A stretch of 64,000 bases of DNA from Prochlorococcus sp. AG-388-F11 (GCA_003279845.1 QCGP01000003.1:86456-150455); one strand, 5' to 3'. Counted from the stretch's first letter, positions 1 through 10,278 are shown. Numbers and translations are program-made. The notes: generated by a model from the sequence alone, not told the origin.

Positions 1-370
1 AGAAAAATATAAGTCTGAACAGGATTTTTTATTTGGTATATTTTTTAAAAATTCCCATATTGGGAACATAAAATTGGGACCTATAAAATGGGAACATAAA
101 TCAGCAGAAATTTCCTACTTTATTGGAGAAAAAGAATTTTGGGGAAAAGGTATAGCAACAAAATGCGTAAAAAAATTAGTTCAATTTGGCATTAAAGAAT
201 TGTTTTTAGAAAAAGTAAATGCAGGCTACTATGAAAAAAATATTGGTTCAGGTAAAGTTTTAAAAAATTGTGGTTTTGAAATAGAAGGTATAAGAGAAAG
301 TGATGTAATTTTTGAAAATCAAAGGATAAAATCAATATTAGTAGGATATGTAAATCATAGAAATAACTAG
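1..370 (+). CDS. RimJ/RimL-type GNAT N-acetyltransferase, 5'-truncated by the window edge
   Basis: The frame is open from base 2 (EKYKSEQDFLFGIFFKNSHIGNIKLGP...), so the TTG at 74 is internal. Contains the acetyl-CoA-binding motif FWGKGIA and the C-terminal N-x-x-S-x-K-V-L-K-x-x-G-F pattern. Confidence 0.8.
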   Translation, partial: EKYKSEQDFLFGIFFKNSHIGNIKLGPIKWEHKSAEISYFIGEKEFWGKGIATKCVKKLVQFGIKELFLEKVNAGYYEKNIGSGKVLKNCGFEIEGIRESDVIFENQRIKSILVGYVNHRNN

Positions 371-481
371 ATTATGCAGATTAATTAGTATGAACTCTTG
401 AAAAAAATTAACAAGATTAGACCCCTTTTTGATGCATACAGTTTTCGCAACAACCTTCATCTGATATAAATTTCAACTATT

Positions 482-649
482 TTAGTAATCATTATCTGCT
501 ACACACATTCCTAAACATCTAACACCATTTGATGCGGTCCTTTTGCAATGATTACATAAAATAGGATCTTTCTTTAGAGGAATATTAACGTTTGAACTAT
601 TTTGATCCTTTAAAATTATTAACTCTTGTGATGAATTAAATGGAGCCAT
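482..649 (-). CDS. Small conserved hypothetical protein with a C-terminal CxxC-x9-CxxxC motif
   Basis: ORF 482..694. The likely ATG at 649 (MAPFNSS...) overlaps the upstream stop. Ends CNHCKRTASNGVRCLGMCVADNDY. Confidence 0.6.
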   Translation of the reverse strand: MAPFNSSQELIILKDQNSSNVNIPLKKDPILCNHCKRTASNGVRCLGMCVADNDY

Positions 650-1280
650 TCTTGGAATCTTCATTTGCATCGATACTAACAACAAGTGAAGCATTTGTGC
701 TGGAGGAGGGTATATCCATGATTTTTACGGTTTCTTTGGGCTCATCAATAATTTGATTTTCTTCAATACTCTCATCAACTGCACATGCTTCAAGAGCCTC
801 TCGTAGTAATGAATCAAAAGTTGCTCCCGGCAATCTATGTCTAGCAACCTCAAGAAAAGTTCTTGGCAATGATTCAGAGGCAGCGTCTCTTAAAGCAGGA
901 TTATTCTTTCTATGTTCTTGTTCTTCTTCTATGGATTTAATAAACCTTAGCGTAACATCTCTTTTGGTAGAGGCTTTTATCAGGGTATCATTTTCAGGAT
1001 TACCAACATTAGGACCATTTTCAAGATCACTAAGCCTTTTTTCCAAACTATTTAAAACTTCATTAGCTTCTTTACTAATATGCGCTAATTGACCATCGGA
1101 CAAATTAGGTAAATCAGCTACAAAGACTTTCCCGTGATCCCTTAGTGTCAAAAAAGTAGGTCTTGGACCTTGAGCTTGTCTCCCATTGAATTCAGAATTA
1201 TTACCTATTGGTCTTTTTGGAGGTGTAGGGCCAGCTGAACTACGTCTACGTGTAATTCTTTGATTATTTGCAAAAGGCAT
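636..1280 (-). CDS. Conserved picocyanobacterial hypothetical protein (Arg/Pro-rich N-terminus, helical core)
   Basis: 214-aa ORF with ATG start. No catalytic motif recognised. Confidence 0.75.
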   Translation of the reverse strand: MPFANNQRITRRRSSAGPTPPKRPIGNNSEFNGRQAQGPRPTFLTLRDHGKVFVADLPNLSDGQLAHISKEANEVLNSLEKRLSDLENGPNVGNPENDTLIKASTKRDVTLRFIKSIEEEQEHRKNNPALRDAASESLPRTFLEVARHRLPGATFDSLLREALEACAVDESIEENQIIDEPKETVKIMDIPSSSTNASLVVSIDANEDSKNGSI

Positions 1281-1415
1281 TGAATAAAAGGTTAAATCTT
1301 AATACTTAAACTTCCGATATAATTCGGCGGTGATTATATTATATTACACTTAACTTTTTCATTTGTGTATAAAAATAATTTTTTAAAGCTCATTTTGAAG
1401 AGATGAAAAGAAAAT

Positions 1416-2459
1416 TTAAGTTAAAATTTCTGGCAAAAATTTACTAATTGTTGAATCATTTTTTCGAACTATCTTTCCAATTTCCCAACTATCTATTTCA
1501 TGATCTTTACAGATTCTTAATATCGCATCCTTAAATTGTTTATCAATAATTAAACAAAATCCCACTCCAAGATTAAAAGTATTCCAAAAATCTTTTTCAG
1601 GAATCGATCCTTTCTCTTTAAGGAATTTAAATAAAATAGGTATTTCCCAAGAGCTGGTATTGATATAAGGAATAAAATCAGAAGGCATACATCTTGGTAA
1701 ATTTTCTGGAATTCCTCCTCCAGTAATATGAGACATTGCTTTAATTTCTATATTTTCAGATAACATTTGGTTAATCACATTATTGTAAATTTTTGTAGGT
1801 TTCAATAACTCATCATAAAAATTTAAGTGATAAACTTTCTCAAATTCTTTATCTATTTGATTATTCTTTTGAATAATTTTTCTTACTAAACTAAAGCCAT
1901 TACTATGAACTCCATTACTTTTTAAAGCAATTATTAAGTCATTTTCAGATACTTTTTTACCATTGATAAGCTTATCCTCATCAACTATTCCAACACAAAA
2001 TCCTGCAAGATCATACTTATTTTTTGAATAAAATCCAGGCATTTCAGCAGTTTCTCCGCCAAGTAATGAACATTTATTTTCTCCGCAGGCATGTGAAATT
2101 CCCTTAACAACCCTCAATAATTGTTTCTTATCCAGTTTACCAGTAGCAATATAATCCAAAAAAAATAAAGGTTTTGCCCCACTAGTAATGATATCGTTCA
2201 TGCACATAGCAACTAAATCAATACCAACCTCAAAGTGAAAGTTTTTATTTTGGGCTAATTCTAATTTTGTTCCAACACCATCAGTTCCTGAAACAAGAAC
2301 TGGTTTTTTAAAACTATCGATAGGAATTCTAAACAAACCTCCGAACCCACCAATACCCTCAATCACATTAGATGTATGAGTTCCTTCAACTGCCTGTTTA
2401 ATTTCGGAAACAAATTCTCTCCCAGCTTCTATATCAACCCCTGATGTTTTGTAATCCAT
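1416..2459 (-). CDS. purM: Phosphoribosylformylglycinamidine cyclo-ligase (AIR synthetase)
   Basis: YKTSGVDI, GTDGVGTK, GGETAEMPG, HITGGG and TFNLGVG motifs. Confidence 0.98.
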   Translation of the reverse strand: MDYKTSGVDIEAGREFVSEIKQAVEGTHTSNVIEGIGGFGGLFRIPIDSFKKPVLVSGTDGVGTKLELAQNKNFHFEVGIDLVAMCMNDIITSGAKPLFFLDYIATGKLDKKQLLRVVKGISHACGENKCSLLGGETAEMPGFYSKNKYDLAGFCVGIVDEDKLINGKKVSENDLIIALKSNGVHSNGFSLVRKIIQKNNQIDKEFEKVYHLNFYDELLKPTKIYNNVINQMLSENIEIKAMSHITGGGIPENLPRCMPSDFIPYINTSSWEIPILFKFLKEKGSIPEKDFWNTFNLGVGFCLIIDKQFKDAILRICKDHEIDSWEIGKIVRKNDSTISKFLPEILT

Positions 2460-2557
2460 GAAATAAAAATGATAGACTTTCCCTATATAGATATTCCTCC
2501 TAAGATTGCTTTTGTCCAGTAATTACTTATCAAATAGATTTATTTTTTAAAAACAAA

Positions 2558-4090
2558 GTGAAGAAAGTAATCATAAGGAAAACTGAAGAAATAGAAAATT
2601 GGAGGAGAAATATAAATAGTGAAATTAACTTCATTCCAACAATGGGTAATCTTCACAATGGACATATAAAACTAATATCAACAGCAAAAAATGACAATTC
2701 AAATGTTAATTTAGTAAGTATTTTTATTAATCCACTTCAATTTGATAACAAGTTAGATTTGGAGAATTACCCACAAACAATTGATAATGATATTAAACTT
2801 TCCTTTTCAAATGGCGCAGATGCCATCTTCATTCCAAGTAATGAAGATATATATCCACAGAATAATAAAAATATTAAATTCCTAAAAGCTCCAATAAAAT
2901 TATCTTCTGCATTATGTGGATTAAATCGAATTGGACATTTTGATGGCGTTTGTACAGTAGTTTATAGATTACTTAATCTCATCAAGCCAAAAAATCTTTA
3001 CTTAGGAGAAAAAGATTGGCAACAACTTTTAATTTTAAAAAATCTTGTCCTAAGAAAGAAATTAAATGTTGCTATTAAATCAATTCCTACACAAAGAGAT
3101 TTTGATGGTATTCCTTTAAGTTCACGTAATTTACATTTATCAAAAAACGAAAGAAAATTGATTAGTTTTTTTTCAAATGAGTTATTAGAAGCAAAAAAAA
3201 ATTTTCAACAAGAAAAAAAAATCAATTTAAACGAAATAATTAAAAAACTATCAGCAAAAAAAATTACAATTGAATATTTAGAACATTTACACCCACATAC
3301 ACTCCAAAAAGCAAGATTTGAGGATAATATTTCGTTACTGGCTGGTGCGATAAAATGTGGAGAGACAAGATTAATTGATCACGTTTTTCTAATGAAAAGA
3401 AGGCCGATTATTGCAATTGATGGTCCTGCAGGGTCAGGTAAAAGTACTGTAACAAAGTTAATAGCGAAGAAACTTAAACTTTTATATTTAGATACTGGAG
3501 CAATGTATAGGGCATTGAGTTGGCTTATGATAAAAGAAAGCATTGATTATAAAAAAGAAAAAAAATTACATAATATTCTTAAAGATATATCTATTGTTTT
3601 CAAGTCGAATACAAATTCACATCAAGATGTTTATGTTAATAACTACTGTGTTACTGAAGAAATTAGATCGCAAAAGATAAGTTCCATCGTTTCTAAAATT
3701 TCCTCAATAAAGGAAGTAAGAAAATTCTTAGTAGAAGAACAACGAAAAATTGGAGAATCAGGCGGACTTGTAGCTGAGGGAAGAGATATAGGAACTACTG
3801 TTTTTCCTCATGCAGAACTTAAAATATTTTTAACTGCTAGCATCGATGAAAGAGCAAAAAGAAGAAAATCTGATAAAAATAGTAAAGACTCACAAGAAAT
3901 AGACCTTCATACATTAAAGGAACTTATAAAGAAAAGAGATTTTGAAGATTCCAATAGGGAAATTTCACCTCTAATAAAAGCGAATGACGCAATAGAAATT
4001 ATTACTGATGGATATTCAATTAATGAGGTAGTGGATAAAATTATTGATCTTTATAATGACAAGATTCCTAAAGAGATTGAGATCAAATAA
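2558..4090 (+). CDS. panC-cmk: Bifunctional pantoate--beta-alanine ligase / cytidylate kinase
   Basis: N-terminal PTMGNLHNGH and GEKDWQQ (PanC). C-terminal IDGPAGSGKST, LDTGAMYR and EGRDIGT (Cmk). Confidence 0.97.
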   Translation: MKKVIIRKTEEIENWRRNINSEINFIPTMGNLHNGHIKLISTAKNDNSNVNLVSIFINPLQFDNKLDLENYPQTIDNDIKLSFSNGADAIFIPSNEDIYPQNNKNIKFLKAPIKLSSALCGLNRIGHFDGVCTVVYRLLNLIKPKNLYLGEKDWQQLLILKNLVLRKKLNVAIKSIPTQRDFDGIPLSSRNLHLSKNERKLISFFSNELLEAKKNFQQEKKINLNEIIKKLSAKKITIEYLEHLHPHTLQKARFEDNISLLAGAIKCGETRLIDHVFLMKRRPIIAIDGPAGSGKSTVTKLIAKKLKLLYLDTGAMYRALSWLMIKESIDYKKEKKLHNILKDISIVFKSNTNSHQDVYVNNYCVTEEIRSQKISSIVSKISSIKEVRKFLVEEQRKIGESGGLVAEGRDIGTTVFPHAELKIFLTASIDERAKRRKSDKNSKDSQEIDLHTLKELIKKRDFEDSNREISPLIKANDAIEIITDGYSINEVVDKIIDLYNDKIPKEIEIK

Positions 4091-4092
4091 AT

Positions 4093-4566
4093 TCAAGAAA
4101 TACTTTCCAAAAAACCGTTTACGGAGTCTTCTAAAATATCAAGGACATAATCGAAGCCCTCATCACCTCCAAAATATGGGTCAGGAACCTCTTGCTCATT
4201 AAAAACTGATCTAAAATCTTGTATTTTTTTAATTAATGCAAAATCAGTTGAAGCTGTTTTATTTTTAAGATCTTGAATATTTCTAAAATTTGAGTCGTCC
4301 ATCGCAAGAATATAGTTAAATTCGTCAAAATCTTTGCTAGTAATTTGACGAGCCCTGCTTAAGATATTAATATCTCTTCTTTCTGCCGCAATTCTCATCC
4401 TAGAGTCAGCTTTTTTTCCAATATGCCAACTCCCAGTTCCAGCAGAATCTACAATAAAGCCATCGGTTAATCCCTTCTTTTCAAGTAGACTTATAAAGAT
4501 AGCTTCTGCTGCAGGAGACCTACAAATATTTCCCAAACATACAAAAAGAACAGAAATTTTTTTCAT
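4093..4566 (-). CDS. ptpA: Low-molecular-weight protein-tyrosine phosphatase
   Basis: VCLGNICRSP P-loop, DSAGT and DPYFG. Confidence 0.95.
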   Translation of the reverse strand: MKKISVLFVCLGNICRSPAAEAIFISLLEKKGLTDGFIVDSAGTGSWHIGKKADSRMRIAAERRDINILSRARQITSKDFDEFNYILAMDDSNFRNIQDLKNKTASTDFALIKKIQDFRSVFNEQEVPDPYFGGDEGFDYVLDILEDSVNGFLESIS

Positions 4567-4598
4567 ATGATTTCAAATTTCAATAAATTATAAGACTT

Positions 4599-5360
4599 TT
4601 AAGTAGTAAATAAAACTTCTTTAATTAAAGATTCAGTAAATTCTTTACCAAACAAACTCGATAACATTGGCCTTGCTGGATCGTTATCTCTCCTATATTC
4701 CAAATAATTATTTTGACCATTTTTTAATTCTTTTTGAAGTTGCATATTGGCTTCTTTACTTTCGAAAAGAATTTCCAAATACAAATCAAGATACTCCTTA
4801 AATGAGGTAAAAAGCAGATTAGCAATTAAAAAATCACTTCTTTCTTCTTTTGGTAATTTTGACCAGATTACTCCTGGAGAAAAAAATCTAGCTACATCTG
4901 CAGACATTTTTTCTGCTAATGGGAGTGATGCATGACAATGATTTTTGAGTTTTGCAAGTTTTTCTAATAACTCATTATTGTATTGATTTTCTATTTTTAA
5001 TGAAGGCTGAAAATCTAATACTAATAAATGACTATTAGGTAGAGAAACAAAATCTACTCCAAAAAATGGGACGTTATAAATAGTATTAGGTATAATTAAA
5101 AAATTTAAAACAGAATAATTAGGACTATTTATACAAACTGCTCTTGCGAATTGAATTCTTTTTTTATGCGTTACACCCCAAGTAGAGAGATTCACATTTT
5201 TTTTTGATTTTTTTGAACCATAAGTTGAATCTTTATAAGAATATTCCGAGGGTATTATTTTTTCTAAACAGTTATATTTTCTTAAATTATTAGTTAAATA
5301 TTTTAGAAAATTATGCCATCTCCAATCTGGCCTGTAAAAAATAGTATCTTGTATTAACAT
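4599..5360 (-). CDS. pebB: Phycoerythrobilin:ferredoxin oxidoreductase
   Basis: Ferredoxin-dependent bilin reductase motifs ([17 protein letters not shown]). Directly follows pebA. Confidence 0.92.
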   Translation of the reverse strand: MLIQDTIFYRPDWRWHNFLKYLTNNLRKYNCLEKIIPSEYSYKDSTYGSKKSKKNVNLSTWGVTHKKRIQFARAVCINSPNYSVLNFLIIPNTIYNVPFFGVDFVSLPNSHLLVLDFQPSLKIENQYNNELLEKLAKLKNHCHASLPLAEKMSADVARFFSPGVIWSKLPKEERSDFLIANLLFTSFKEYLDLYLEILFESKEANMQLQKELKNGQNNYLEYRRDNDPARPMLSSLFGKEFTESLIKEVLFTT

Positions 5361-6071
5361 TCAATGAATAATCTGATTATTTAATGTAAAGAGAAATTTA
5401 TTGATAAATTTTTTTGTCCATTTTTCTCCAAAAAAAGATTTAAACAATTTATCTGCAGGGTCTTTTTCAAAACTGTACTTATCATATTTAATTTGATTAA
5501 TCTTTATTTCTTCTGGATTTAAAAATTGATTAACAGGATTCGATTTATAAATGTTTAAATAATTATTTACAAATGAATGGAATATATTATTTAAATCTCT
5601 ATCAAGATTTAATTTATTTCCTCTACATATAATCACCCATGGGGAAAAATAATTTTTTGAATCATATATATTCTTCATTTTATTATTATCAAATGCAGAA
5701 TATTTTTTCTTAATACTACCTAAACTTGAGCAATATTTTTCAAGATACTTGCCTTCTTGAATTAAAGGTTGATAATCAAGTATTGCTAATAACTTTTGAG
5801 AAGTTCCAAACCATAAAATATCAGCTCCTAAAATAGGCATTTCACTATCAAAATTTGGATATGCGACCGTATTAAACACTTGCAGTGTTTTACCACCATC
5901 TAATCTTGTTATTCTCCACTTTCTATATTCGGGAGATGAAAAAAGCCAATTTTTAATAATATATTTTGAGTCTTCATTGTGATGTTCTTTGAATTCGCTA
6001 GATATTTGTAGTTCATGACCATTTAATTCATCAATATTGGTTTTAAGGAAATCAACTAATGAATCAAACAT
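5361..6071 (-). CDS. pebA: 15,16-dihydrobiliverdin:ferredoxin oxidoreductase
   Basis: [22 protein letters not shown] and DPA motifs. Lies between ho1 and pebB. Confidence 0.93.
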   Translation of the reverse strand: MFDSLVDFLKTNIDELNGHELQISSEFKEHHNEDSKYIIKNWLFSSPEYRKWRITRLDGGKTLQVFNTVAYPNFDSEMPILGADILWFGTSQKLLAILDYQPLIQEGKYLEKYCSSLGSIKKKYSAFDNNKMKNIYDSKNYFSPWVIICRGNKLNLDRDLNNIFHSFVNNYLNIYKSNPVNQFLNPEEIKINQIKYDKYSFEKDPADKLFKSFFGEKWTKKFINKFLFTLNNQIIH

Positions 6072-6074
6072 AAA

Positions 6075-6788
6075 TTACGAGGTCTCGGTGCTTCCTTTCC
6101 TTACTTTTTTTGTAATGTAATTAAATACAATCTTGCCTAAAACAGCAATCAAGTTACCTTCAAGCTCCTTAAACATTTTCATATTGTAAGTAAAAGCTTG
6201 ATTAGCTTCATCAATAATTTGATCAGCAGTCTTTTGATTTATTGGAAGTTGATTCAAAGTAAGGGAATATTCTTCCTTAAATTTCTTTTCATCAGCAATT
6301 AATTCAAACTCATAAAAATTTAAACCATCATTTCCCTTCAAATTTAATGCTTTTTTAGCGATCCTTTTCAAAATTTGCCCCCCAGATAAATCTCCTATAT
6401 AGCGAGTATAGTGGTGACCAACCAATAGCTCTGGTGAATTTTTTGCGACCTCTCGGATTCTTTCAACATATTCTTTTGCTGAGTGAGAAATATTAATTTC
6501 ATTCTTCCAGTTATTACCAAAATAAAATTTAAGATCATTTACAAGAGTTTCTTTCCTAAATAATGATTTAAAACCTATAGGTGTTATTACGGGATGTTCC
6601 TCATTGATCAGTCTTTCAATTTCTTCTTCCATAGCTTCATAAACAAAATATAAATCACTAATTAATTTTCTATACGATTTTTTTTCGACAACTCCTTTTA
6701 AAAAACAAGCCACAAACCCAGTATTTTCTGCCATAGTGTGGGATTTTTTTGTCCCTTCTCTTAATTGTCCTGCAAGAGCGACTGCCAT
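6075..6788 (-). CDS. ho1: Heme oxygenase 1
   Basis: LREGTKKSHTMAEN (proximal His) and YTRYIGDLSGGQIL. Confidence 0.97.
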   Translation of the reverse strand: MAVALAGQLREGTKKSHTMAENTGFVACFLKGVVEKKSYRKLISDLYFVYEAMEEEIERLINEEHPVITPIGFKSLFRKETLVNDLKFYFGNNWKNEINISHSAKEYVERIREVAKNSPELLVGHHYTRYIGDLSGGQILKRIAKKALNLKGNDGLNFYEFELIADEKKFKEEYSLTLNQLPINQKTADQIIDEANQAFTYNMKMFKELEGNLIAVLGKIVFNYITKKVRKGSTETS

Positions 6789-6845
6789 ATTTTTTGATTT
6801 ATTTTTGTAAGTGTATTTAATCTACAAGGAAAATACATAAAACAG

Positions 6846-7277
6846 CTAATTTTTGTTACCAGCGGATGTTGTAGAAAATAGCTTATAAAGTTCCTTACAA
6901 ACCAAAAAAAGGTTATCTTTTTGTTCCTTTTGCGGTAGATGAGTGCCAGTCATTTCCCAATCACCGATGGTAGCCACTCTCCATCTCTCGGAGGGAACAA
7001 TCATACCTCGCATTATTATTCCCAACAATTTAGGGACTCTGTCATTAGTATCATTTTCAATTCTTAATTGTAAGAGGATTGCTCTACATTCAATAAGAGG
7101 ACTCCAACCAGGGAAATGAAACGCGAAATCAAGAGTATCTTGCATGGATTCATTATTTGAATTGTCCCAAGGACTAAAGTTTACGCTTGCATCTGGAAAA
7201 TATTTCCGAAACAAAGTTGCAGTAGAAGCAATTTTATTAGCTATTTCAACATTACTTACATTTGAACTTGCATTCAT
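6846..7277 (-). CDS. Conserved cyanobacterial hypothetical protein
   Basis: ORF 6846..7373, with the in-frame ATG at 7277 (MNASSNV...) the more likely start. FHFPGWSP block. Confidence 0.7.
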   Translation of the reverse strand: MNASSNVSNVEIANKIASTATLFRKYFPDASVNFSPWDNSNNESMQDTLDFAFHFPGWSPLIECRAILLQLRIENDTNDRVPKLLGIIMRGMIVPSERWRVATIGDWEMTGTHLPQKEQKDNLFLVCKELYKLFSTTSAGNKN

Positions 7278-7488
7278 AAAGTAGCTGAGTATTTTTTGAA
7301 AAATGACATAATTTGCTTTAACTTGCTTATTAACTACTTTTTCTTTTAATAAAGATGTTGAAATGCTGATCAATAAAGTATTCTCTATTCACATTTGAAT
7401 AATAAATTTCTAGGTTTTAAAGAAAATAACTCATCGCAAATTACAATACGAGGAACTTCAATGAGTTATCTTTTATTAATTCAATGCT

Positions 7489-8913
7489 ATGCCAAAATTT
7501 GAAAAATTAACTTTACCTAATGAAGGCGAGATAATAACTTTTAATCAAGGCAAACCTAATGTTCCTAATAATCCAATTGTCCCATTTATTAGGGGTGATG
7601 GTACTGGAGTTGATATTTGGCCTGCCACTCAAATCGTTCTTGACTCAGCGATTAAAAAAAGCTATGGAGATGAAAGAAAAATTAATTGGTTTAAAGTCTA
7701 TGCAGGCGATGAAGCTTGTGAACTTTATGGAACATATAACTATCTACCTCAAGATACTATTGAAGCAATCAAACACTTTGGTGTAGCTATCAAAGGTCCT
7801 TTAACGACTCCCATTGGTGGAGGTATTAGATCTCTTAATGTTGCATTAAGGCAAATCTTTGATTTATATAGCTGTGTTAGACCATGCAAATATTATTCAG
7901 GAACTCCAAGCCCTCACAAAAATCCCCAAAATTTAGACGTTATTGTTTACAGAGAAAATACTGAAGATATCTACATGGGAATTGAATGGGAAGCGGAGGA
8001 TAATAATTGTCTTGAATTAATTAGTCACTTAAATAACGTTGTCATACCAAAAAGTAAAAATTTAAAAAATAGATCCATACCAAAAGGATCAGGTATTGGA
8101 ATAAAACCGGTTAGTAAATCAGGTAGCCAAAGGCATATTAGAAAAGCTATTGAACATGCTAAAAGATTATCAGGAGATAAAAGGCATGTGACTCTTGTAC
8201 ATAAAGGGAATATTATGAAATATACAGAGGGTGCATTTAGAGATTGGGGATATGAATTAGCAGTAAATGAATTTAGAAAAGATTGCATTACAGAAAGAGA
8301 AAGCTGGATTTTAGATAATATTCAGAAAAATCCAGAAATTACAATTGAAAATAATGCTCGAAAAATTGAACCAGGTTTTGACAAGCTTACAAATAACAAA
8401 AAAGCATTCATTTGCGAAGAAATTAAAGAAGTTATTGCATCAATATCAAATTCTCACGGAGAGGGTAAATGGAGAGAACTTATTCTTGTTGATGATCGGA
8501 TAGCTGATAGTATATTTCAACAAATTCAAACTAGACCTCAAGAATATTCAATTCTTGCAACATTAAACCTTAATGGAGACTATGTTTCTGATGCAGCTGC
8601 AGCAATTGTTGGAGGCCTAGGTATGGCTCCCGGTGCAAATATTGGAGATAATGCAGCAATTTTCGAGGCTACGCACGGTACGGCTCCAAAACATGCAGGC
8701 TTAAACAAGATTAATCCAGGCTCAGTAATTCTTAGTGGTGTAATGATGCTTGAATATTTTGGTTGGGATGAAGCAGCTAACTTAATTACTAATGGTTTAA
8801 GTAAGGCAATAGAGCAAAAAAAAGTCACCTATGATCTAGCACGCTTAATGGAACCAAAAGTAGAACCCTTATCCTGCAGCAGTTTTGCTGAAGAAATTAT
8901 CTCAAATTTCTAA
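7489..8913 (+). CDS. icd: NADP-dependent isocitrate dehydrogenase
   Basis: GDGTGVDI, KGPLTTPIGGGIRSLN, NLNGDYVSD, HGTAPK and VTYDLAR. Confidence 0.98.
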   Translation: MPKFEKLTLPNEGEIITFNQGKPNVPNNPIVPFIRGDGTGVDIWPATQIVLDSAIKKSYGDERKINWFKVYAGDEACELYGTYNYLPQDTIEAIKHFGVAIKGPLTTPIGGGIRSLNVALRQIFDLYSCVRPCKYYSGTPSPHKNPQNLDVIVYRENTEDIYMGIEWEAEDNNCLELISHLNNVVIPKSKNLKNRSIPKGSGIGIKPVSKSGSQRHIRKAIEHAKRLSGDKRHVTLVHKGNIMKYTEGAFRDWGYELAVNEFRKDCITERESWILDNIQKNPEITIENNARKIEPGFDKLTNNKKAFICEEIKEVIASISNSHGEGKWRELILVDDRIADSIFQQIQTRPQEYSILATLNLNGDYVSDAAAAIVGGLGMAPGANIGDNAAIFEATHGTAPKHAGLNKINPGSVILSGVMMLEYFGWDEAANLITNGLSKAIEQKKVTYDLARLMEPKVEPLSCSSFAEEIISNF

Positions 8914-8915
8914 TT

Positions 8916-10265
8916 TTAAAAATTATTTTTACTTTCAAAAACTTTCCAAATATTAACTAGTGAATCTTTAGTACCAATGTTTCCAGGATGAGTAACAATA
9001 GGAAGTTTTTCGTCATTTTTTAGGTTACAAGTCACCACTGAAATTCCTGTTAAAATCTGTCCCTCAAGATAAACATAATCTGCATTAAGTCCATTACTAA
9101 GAATCAAATTTGTGGTAATTCCACCTTTTGAAATCAAATATCCTATTTCATACTTCAAATCTGCGACTAATTCAGCAATAAAACGAGCAAGTAAATTATA
9201 AAAATTAAATAGTTCATAAGAATCTAAGGAAATTAATTTTCTTGAAGTAAACAAAACAGGAGTTTTTCCTTTCTTAAAAGACAATCTAATTTCTTTCAAA
9301 AATTTATTTTTAAACAAATTCCTTCGCTTCGGATTATTATCTGATGAAGTAATTTTAAAGAATTCAAAAACATCTAATTCAACTGGATTGCAATTACTTA
9401 TCTCTAATAAATTATTCAGTTGTATTGTTGAAAGTTCTACATAAGATCCAACAATTATCAGTCCCGGAAGAAAACTCTTTTCTTTATTTCTTATTCTTAA
9501 ATTAGAGAAAAATATTTCACTCTGAGAGAAACTTTTTTTCTCAGAAATTGAACTTATAAAACTTGCTGCAGTTCGAAAAAGGAATTTTTTTTGTTTAATT
9601 AATTTTTTAATTACTAAAGAAAATTTTTTTAGTTGAGAATAATTTTCTACATCTACAATTACATGTTTATTATTCTTCAAGTTCTTTAAGGTTGTAAAAA
9701 CAATATTATTTTCTTCATCATTTAGCATTTCGATATCTGACAATAAAAGATTTTGAATATCTTCAAAATTTATTTGGGATTTACTCTGCTGAAATAATAG
9801 ATTCTTGACATTACTTGTCTCGTATCCAAAAATTTTATCTTTTGCAAAAATTGTTTGACTAATAGGGGTTTTATTAACAAAATGTGATCCATTAATTGTT
9901 AATCTTTGACCCTCTATGAAAGCTGGAATATAAAAAGTAGCATCAAAAGGACCTAAGCAACTATTTAGGGCACTTGGCTCTAAAAAGTTATGTCCTCGAA
10001 GAGTAGAGTCTCCTCTACTTATAAAAATAATTTCTTCTTCATAGGCCTGAGAAGAAATTACAGTCTTAAGATTTTTGCAAATTTCCTCTATTATTAATTT
10101 CGCATCATTTTCCGATAGTGACCTTGTATTAGCCAAAATAAAAAATAAATTAGATTTAGATTCAAAACCTTTGACTAAAGTTGAGCGGTCCCACTTAAGC
10201 AGTAATAAGCAATCGCGAACAGTTTGAGAGCCTGTAGGATCATCATCTATTACAACAAATTTCAT
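8916..10265 (-). CDS. Four-carbon acid-sugar kinase family protein (DUF1537)
   Basis: VVIDDDPTGSQTV, SRGDSTLRGH, KGGIT and PGNIG motifs. Confidence 0.88.
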   Translation of the reverse strand: MKFVVIDDDPTGSQTVRDCLLLLKWDRSTLVKGFESKSNLFFILANTRSLSENDAKLIIEEICKNLKTVISSQAYEEEIIFISRGDSTLRGHNFLEPSALNSCLGPFDATFYIPAFIEGQRLTINGSHFVNKTPISQTIFAKDKIFGYETSNVKNLLFQQSKSQINFEDIQNLLLSDIEMLNDEENNIVFTTLKNLKNNKHVIVDVENYSQLKKFSLVIKKLIKQKKFLFRTAASFISSISEKKSFSQSEIFFSNLRIRNKEKSFLPGLIIVGSYVELSTIQLNNLLEISNCNPVELDVFEFFKITSSDNNPKRRNLFKNKFLKEIRLSFKKGKTPVLFTSRKLISLDSYELFNFYNLLARFIAELVADLKYEIGYLISKGGITTNLILSNGLNADYVYLEGQILTGISVVTCNLKNDEKLPIVTHPGNIGTKDSLVNIWKVFESKNNF

Positions 10266-10278
10266 AACTATTGCATAA

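Noticed and set aside
1314-1327. CCGA-TATAAT-TCGG small inverted repeat
   Set aside because: The arms are only 4 bp and the TATAAT points away from the adjacent gene.
2558-4090. panC-cmk fusion as a novelty
   Set aside because: It is a well-known cyanobacterial feature.
6806-6837. Possible NtcA site upstream of ho1 (TGTA-N7-TACA, also TGTATTT-N12-AAATACA)
   Set aside because: The spacing is N7 rather than the required GTA-N8-TAC, and such AT-rich repeats arise easily by chance.
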